64,000 nt of DNA from the human T2T-CHM13v2.0 reference genome, Homo sapiens, in NCBI GenBank assembly GCA_009914755.4, contig CP068257.2, positions 28,064,001 through 28,128,000 of the forward strand, in the 5' to 3' direction. Position numbers and translations under genes: made by a program. Under the pieces are notes generated by a model. It did no database searches. It was given only the letters and a program-made list of their open reading frames with translations, and was not told the origin of the DNA. Below are positions 57,413 to 64,000 of this stretch, piece after piece. Positions within the stretch are counted from its first letter, which is position 1, and the number at the start of each line of letters is the position of its first letter.

Positions 57413-57948
57413 AAAACATCGCTCCAGAGAGTCAATAGAGTGGAAGCTCCTTTGGGTGCCTCTTTACATGGAGAGATGGGAGGCAGGTGGAAGAGTGCAA
57501 TCCCGTAGAGCATGGAGCATCCACAGGAGCCCTCTGATATGGAATGAGAACTGGAGGAGAGAAATCAAAAAATAGGAAGAGCTTAGGGCAAGGAATCTGA
57601 AAACAGGACTATTAGATAAAATGTCAGTGTAGGGACAACGTCTTGGTCTTCTGGTCTCCAGAATTTAACTCAGTGCCTGGAAAGTAGAATATATCCCAAA
57701 AACCTGTCATGAATTGAGTAAAAAGGTTCGGATAACATTTTACCAGGAGCTGGCTTAGGTATTAGGGTTAGAAGAGAAATGCAAAGCATATTTTTACTGT
57801 CTGTGATTGAGGCCATGGTTATTAAGGTTGTCTGGCTTATAAAAACCTCTTAAAGAATGCAAAAAACATTTTTGAGTTATTTAAGTGGATGCCTCAAAGA
57901 ACATTGAGGGAAATTTTTATTACGAGGATGTGATATTTAAAATAAACG

Positions 57949-58453
<505 letters not shown>

Positions 58454-58529
58454 TTACAAATATCCAATGAATACCAGGATGGAAATAACTTGTTTCCTGG
58501 CATTCAAGACAGAGGAAATCCTTACTATT

Positions 58530-58566
58530 AAAAACAAAAAACAAAAAACAAAAAAACAAAAAAAAC
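58530..58566. repeat. (CAAAAA)n A-rich repeat
   Basis: Direct read of 'aaaacaaaaaacaaaaaacaaaaaaacaaaaaaaac'. Confidence 0.9.
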
Positions 58567-58604
58567 TAGAAATGATTAGCAAAGACATGAAACACAACAG
58601 TTTA

Positions 58605-59008
<404 letters not shown>

Positions 59009-60814
59009 AAATGCGAACCAGTGACTGAAATGTATATTTCCCAACCAGGGACTGTTCCAATATCACATTTAAAAGGGGTTGGTGGCCTCATTTCAATTCC
59101 CATCACATACATTGTTCTAATTGGTAAATCCCTGCAGACAAAGCAGGAGCTCCAAAATCAGGGTAGAAGGTTTCCTTCAACTTCTCAGATTAACTATTTT
59201 GGTAAACAGCATACATATTTCTCACATAGTGCTAATATTATAATGGCCAACCTCCAGATTTAAGTGCATCAATTAAGTAAACTACACTACTTCTGTGAAT
59301 AAAAGATGTTTGTTTTACTAAATCTGCCAATTTAATTAACTAGCACAATTTCCTATATATAGAAAATTTGAAACACAAACAGTGACTTCTTCTATGACTA
59401 AATTTTTTCCTAATAAATACCTGCTTAAAAGATTGTCGGCATGAGGATAGCATTATTTTTTTAAGTTCTTTCTCAAAGAAGCCAGTCAATCAAGAGCTTA
59501 TCGAGTGTGTACCAGATAATCAATTTTTCCCCCAGAGGACTTAACTTTAAGCAGGGTTTTTCAACTTCTGCATTAATGATATTTTGGGTTGAAAAATTTT
59601 ATACTGTGGAAGACAGTCCTATGTTTTTGAATTTTTAGCAACATTCCTGGCCTCTACCCATTAATGCCAATACTACCCCTTCCTCAGTTGTAATCTTAAG
59701 TGTGTCCAGACATTTCCATATCCCTAATTGGCAAAATTACTCCCAGTTGAGGGATGCTGCTTTATATTCTTGAAATAGATTGCATTAGACAGCGTAGGCT
59801 ATCTATGACAAGTATTTCTCAGATCTTAGCTTGAGATAATAGAAATTTATCTTTTGCTCTAATCAGAGAACAGTGAAGGTCATGAAGGTGGGAAGGGGTA
59901 GCATGTTCCATGTTAGAGATCTTCCACCTTTCAGCTACTGGAGCCACATTCCATTGGCCAGAATTTAGTCATCCATGCCCACCTAAATGCAAGGAAAACC
60001 GTGAAATATAGTCTCATTGCATGCCAAAGAGGAAAACAAACTAAGATTTGGGAAATAACATCAAGTCTCTGCCACAGGGTGTGTTAGTCTGTTCTCGCGC
60101 TGTTAATAAAGACATACTCGAGACTGGGTAATTTATAAAGAAAAGAGGTTTAATGGACTCACAGTTCCACATGGATGGGGAGCCCTCACAACCATGGCAG
60201 AAGGTGAATGAGGAGCAAAGTCACGTCTTCCATGGTGGTGGGTAAGAGAGCTTGTATAGAGGAACTCCCCTTTATAAAACCATCAGCTCTTATGAGACTT
60301 ACTATCATGAGAACAGCACGGGAAAGACCTGCCCCCAAAATTCAATTACCTCCATTGGGTCCCTCCCCCGACATATGGGAATTATGGGAGTTGCAATTCA
60401 AGATGAGATTTGGGTGGGCACACAGCCAAACCATATCACAGGGATTATAACAAAATAAGGTCAAGTCATGACAAACAGATTATTTTGACGTTGTTGGAAG
60501 GGATTGCCACAAAACATCATTAGACTAATTTACTTCCAGTCAAAGAAGCCTGTATTTGCTTACATAGTCCTAGAACACTGAGCAAAATTATGAAAGGATA
60601 ATCTCAAAGCCTCTTTTTAGGTCATTAGTGTGCGTTTAGTGAGATAATGGACCCTCTTCTAGTCCAACATTCTCTTCAGGTTCTTCAGGCCTGTCTCAGA
60701 GCTATGGAGGATGCAGCAAAAGGGATGCCTTTGATCTGCTGTCTCTGGATGCACAAGGAGCTCAGAGAAACAACCAGGACACAGAACAAAACAAAGCATG
60801 GAGCTCTAATTTAG

Positions 60815-61267
<453 letters not shown>

Positions 61268-63532
61268 AGTTCCCTTATTTTCTAATGCTATGTTTTCAAG
61301 GTTGTTGTTAGGGTTAGTTAAACTAATTTATATGAAACACCTGGTGAATATAGTGCCTGGCACAGCAGTATTTATTTACATCCTTCTTAAGTCTTTGGAA
61401 TCATAGATTATACTATCAGCAGATAAACTTGACAGATGCATAGACATGATCAGAAAGAGAATGGAAGGAAGATGTGGAGAGGGAGAACAGAAGTCAGAAA
61501 CCAGAACAAAGGAAGACAATGTAGACACTGTAACATTAGTAGAGAGTTATAGAATATTGGGTTTAATTTTAGGTAGAATGCATTTCGTTAGCTCTATCTG
61601 GTTTATCTTTGATTTGTCCATTATACAAAGCTGATCTCTCTTCCCTCTGCTGTCTACTCCTCCCTGGAAGGTAGGCAGTGATAGATGCTAAGATTGGTTT
61701 GTCCTAGGCTATCTCAATAAGGACATTTTCTCTACAGAATTTTCTAATTTCAATGAGCCCCAAACCATAATTTTGAGCAGCTGTACAAACCTTTCTGTAA
61801 TGATAGTAATAAAGATTGCTACCATTTATTGGTTGTCCATAATAATCTTTATTCTGTTTCTGTTCCAGTTCTTACAGCTTCCTTTATGAGAAAGATTTGT
61901 TCTTCTGTTTATAGGTGAGAAATCTGAGACCTAAGAAATTAAGTGATTGGCCTGTGGGAGATTTGAATCCGGTTTTTCTGACTCCAAAGCCTTACCTGTT
62001 TCTTCCTAACATGTTGACTGCCTATTCTAAGCATATACAGTGTTGCAAATGTCTGACACTGTTCTAGAGCCTCATCCTCTTTTCACCTCCAACATGCTCT
62101 TGTTTGTGGCCTGGTCGTCAGAGTATATGCGCTGGGCTGGGAAACCCTCATTGGTGGAGACAAAGTGGCAAGAGAGTAAAGGTGGCAATTTCCAAGGGGA
62201 CCTCATTGCACATCAGACACAAAGTGTGACTCAGGCATGTGCCTCAACATATAAGCCAAGAGAGTGCCAGGCCTTTAAATAAGAAACACTGGATGTTTTC
62301 TGCAACTTAAATACAAGTAAGCTTGGCGGGTAGGGAGGGAAATTGTTGTACTGGAATCTAACAGTGTTTTCAAACGTTCCCATTTCACCATTAATGGTGG
62401 CACATAATCAAATTAGCCTTTAAGAGCAATCATCACTCCATGGGTGGCACCGTGGTATGCGAAGATGCCTCGGAGATTTTAATTCTCTGTAACAGCTTTC
62501 TACAATAAAACAGTACCGAATTTGAAAGTCATTGAGAGTAATTCTAGTAGGTCTTGTTTATACACGATCTTGCAGAGGTGTCTCAAGAGCTAGTGGCTTA
62601 GATTGAGTCACTTTATACAGTTAAAGCTGTAGATATAAGCACAGACAGAAAACTGTACCTCTGTAGATCTGTAGATGTCTGTCAGTGATTCACAGCTCAT
62701 ACAACGCCAAGATTCAAATTTCTCTTAGAAGGGCTTTTAGTAATTCAGATGGAAAAGACTTTCCAGACAGATTCCAAAGGATTATGTTTGGGGACTGCAA
62801 AGGAAGAATTTCCAAAATTTTGTGGGCTTACTTTTTTAGTTTTACAACAACATTTACCTTTCCTGTGTGATACTTGCTGATCACAAGGGCAATACCCTGT
62901 CCTCGGTAATCTATTGTGGGCTTGCTGTTGATGATAATAAGTTTCACCATGAAGCCTGTGACTAGCCCAAGTTGTCAGAAACTCCTCATTTCTCCGATAA
63001 GCACTTTGCCAAGCTGGCAAATGCCCCTAGGAGCCACAGTGCCCCTGTTGCCTGCACACTTTGGACCCTTTTCATTAGCTTCTGACTCATTGCACTTGCA
63101 CTTAGCGCACGCTCTGATGTGGACTTCCAGCTCAGAACCCAGGTTCTCGAACTCATGAACGCATTCAGCATCCCTTGCTATCACAACCAGCTTGACAGAA
63201 AGACCACAGGCCAAGTGCAGCAGAGTTCCAGAAAGTGAATGCAGCAAAATACCCTTGCTCTCTTTGAGGTACTGAAAACAGTCCTGCCATTTAGCTTAAG
63301 TAGAAATCTAATTAATATGTTGAAGAAAAGATCGAATATTACTGTATAACTTTCAACAAGAAAACCAATTCTGAAATGAAAAAAAAGCAAATCATGCTAT
63401 ATATTAAGATAAATATTTTTTAGAAAAAGTTCTTATATTTCACAAGGATTCACTGTGTGTGAAATTCAATTAAGTCTTTTAAATCAGATTCTATTTATGC
63501 CTTTACAATTACAGTTAGAATTTTAAAAATGT

Positions 63533-63603
63533 TTCTTTCTTTCTTCTCTTCTTTTCTTTCTCTCTTTCTTTCCTTCCTTCCTTCTTTCTCTTTCTTTCGT
63601 TCT
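63533..63603. repeat. (TTTC/TTCC/TCTC)n polypyrimidine microsatellite at an Alu tail
   Basis: Direct read of 'tttctttctttcttctcttcttttctttctctctttctttccttccttccttctttctctttctttcgttc'. Confidence 0.95.
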
Positions 63604-63894
63604 TTTTTTTTTTTTCTCACAGTTTAGCTCTTGTTGCCCAGGCTGGAGTGAAATGGCGTGATCTCAGCTCACTGCAACCTCCACCTCCCAGGTTCAAGCA
63701 ATTCTCTGCCTCAGCCTCCTGAGTAGCTGGGATTACAGGTGCCCACTACCATGCCTGGCTAATTTTTTGTATTTTTAGTAGAGACAGGGTTTCACCCTGT
63801 TGGCCAGGCTGGTCTTGAACTCCCTACCTCAGGTGATCCACCTGCCTTGGCCTCCCAAGTGCTGGGATTACAGGCATGAGCCACTGCACCTGGC
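63604..63894 (-). mobile_element. Alu SINE, antisense
   Basis: Poly-T(12) then 'ctcacagtttagctcttgttgcccaggctggagtgaaatggcgtgatctcagctcactgcaacctccacctcccaggttcaagcaattctctgcctcagcctcctgagtagctgggattacaggtgcccactaccatgcctggc...gggattacaggcatgagccactgcacctggc'. Confidence 0.95.
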
Positions 63895-64000
63895 AAGAAA
63901 CGTTTCTATCGCACAAAATAAAGTAAAGCTGTGCAGTACAGTATTTTTTCCACATGGCAATTTTTGAAACTTGGAGATTTTCAATGTTCACAGTTTCCTT

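Overview
This window is primate (human-type) nuclear genomic DNA: AT-rich, gene-poor in appearance, and dominated by interspersed repeats. It is not a prokaryotic or viral locus. I can support about 21 Alu SINEs plus one free left Alu monomer. I can also support a full-length THE1/MaLR retroelement (5' LTR, ~1.6 kb internal region, 3' LTR) inserted into a MIR, and a solo LTR7 (HERV-H LTR). There are two L1 3'-end fragments, several MIR and L2-like ancient fragments, a decayed mariner-family (Hsmar2-like) DNA transposon, and a half MADE1 MITE. Microsatellites include (GGAA/GGGA)n polypurine tracts, (AC)n, and (GAAAA)n arrays at Alu tails. I could not find a convincing protein-coding gene, RNA gene, CpG island or CRISPR-like array. 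Almost all long ORFs in the six-frame track are Alu-, LTR- or transposase-derived. I see no evidence of a novel multi-gene 'system'. The points of interest are nested transposon insertions, one Alu with a perfect 16-bp target-site duplication, an inverted-Alu cluster, an LTR7 inserted into a palindromic AT-rich repeat, and orphan GGAA microsatellites. All coordinates were derived by eye from the printed sequence and may be off by a few bases.
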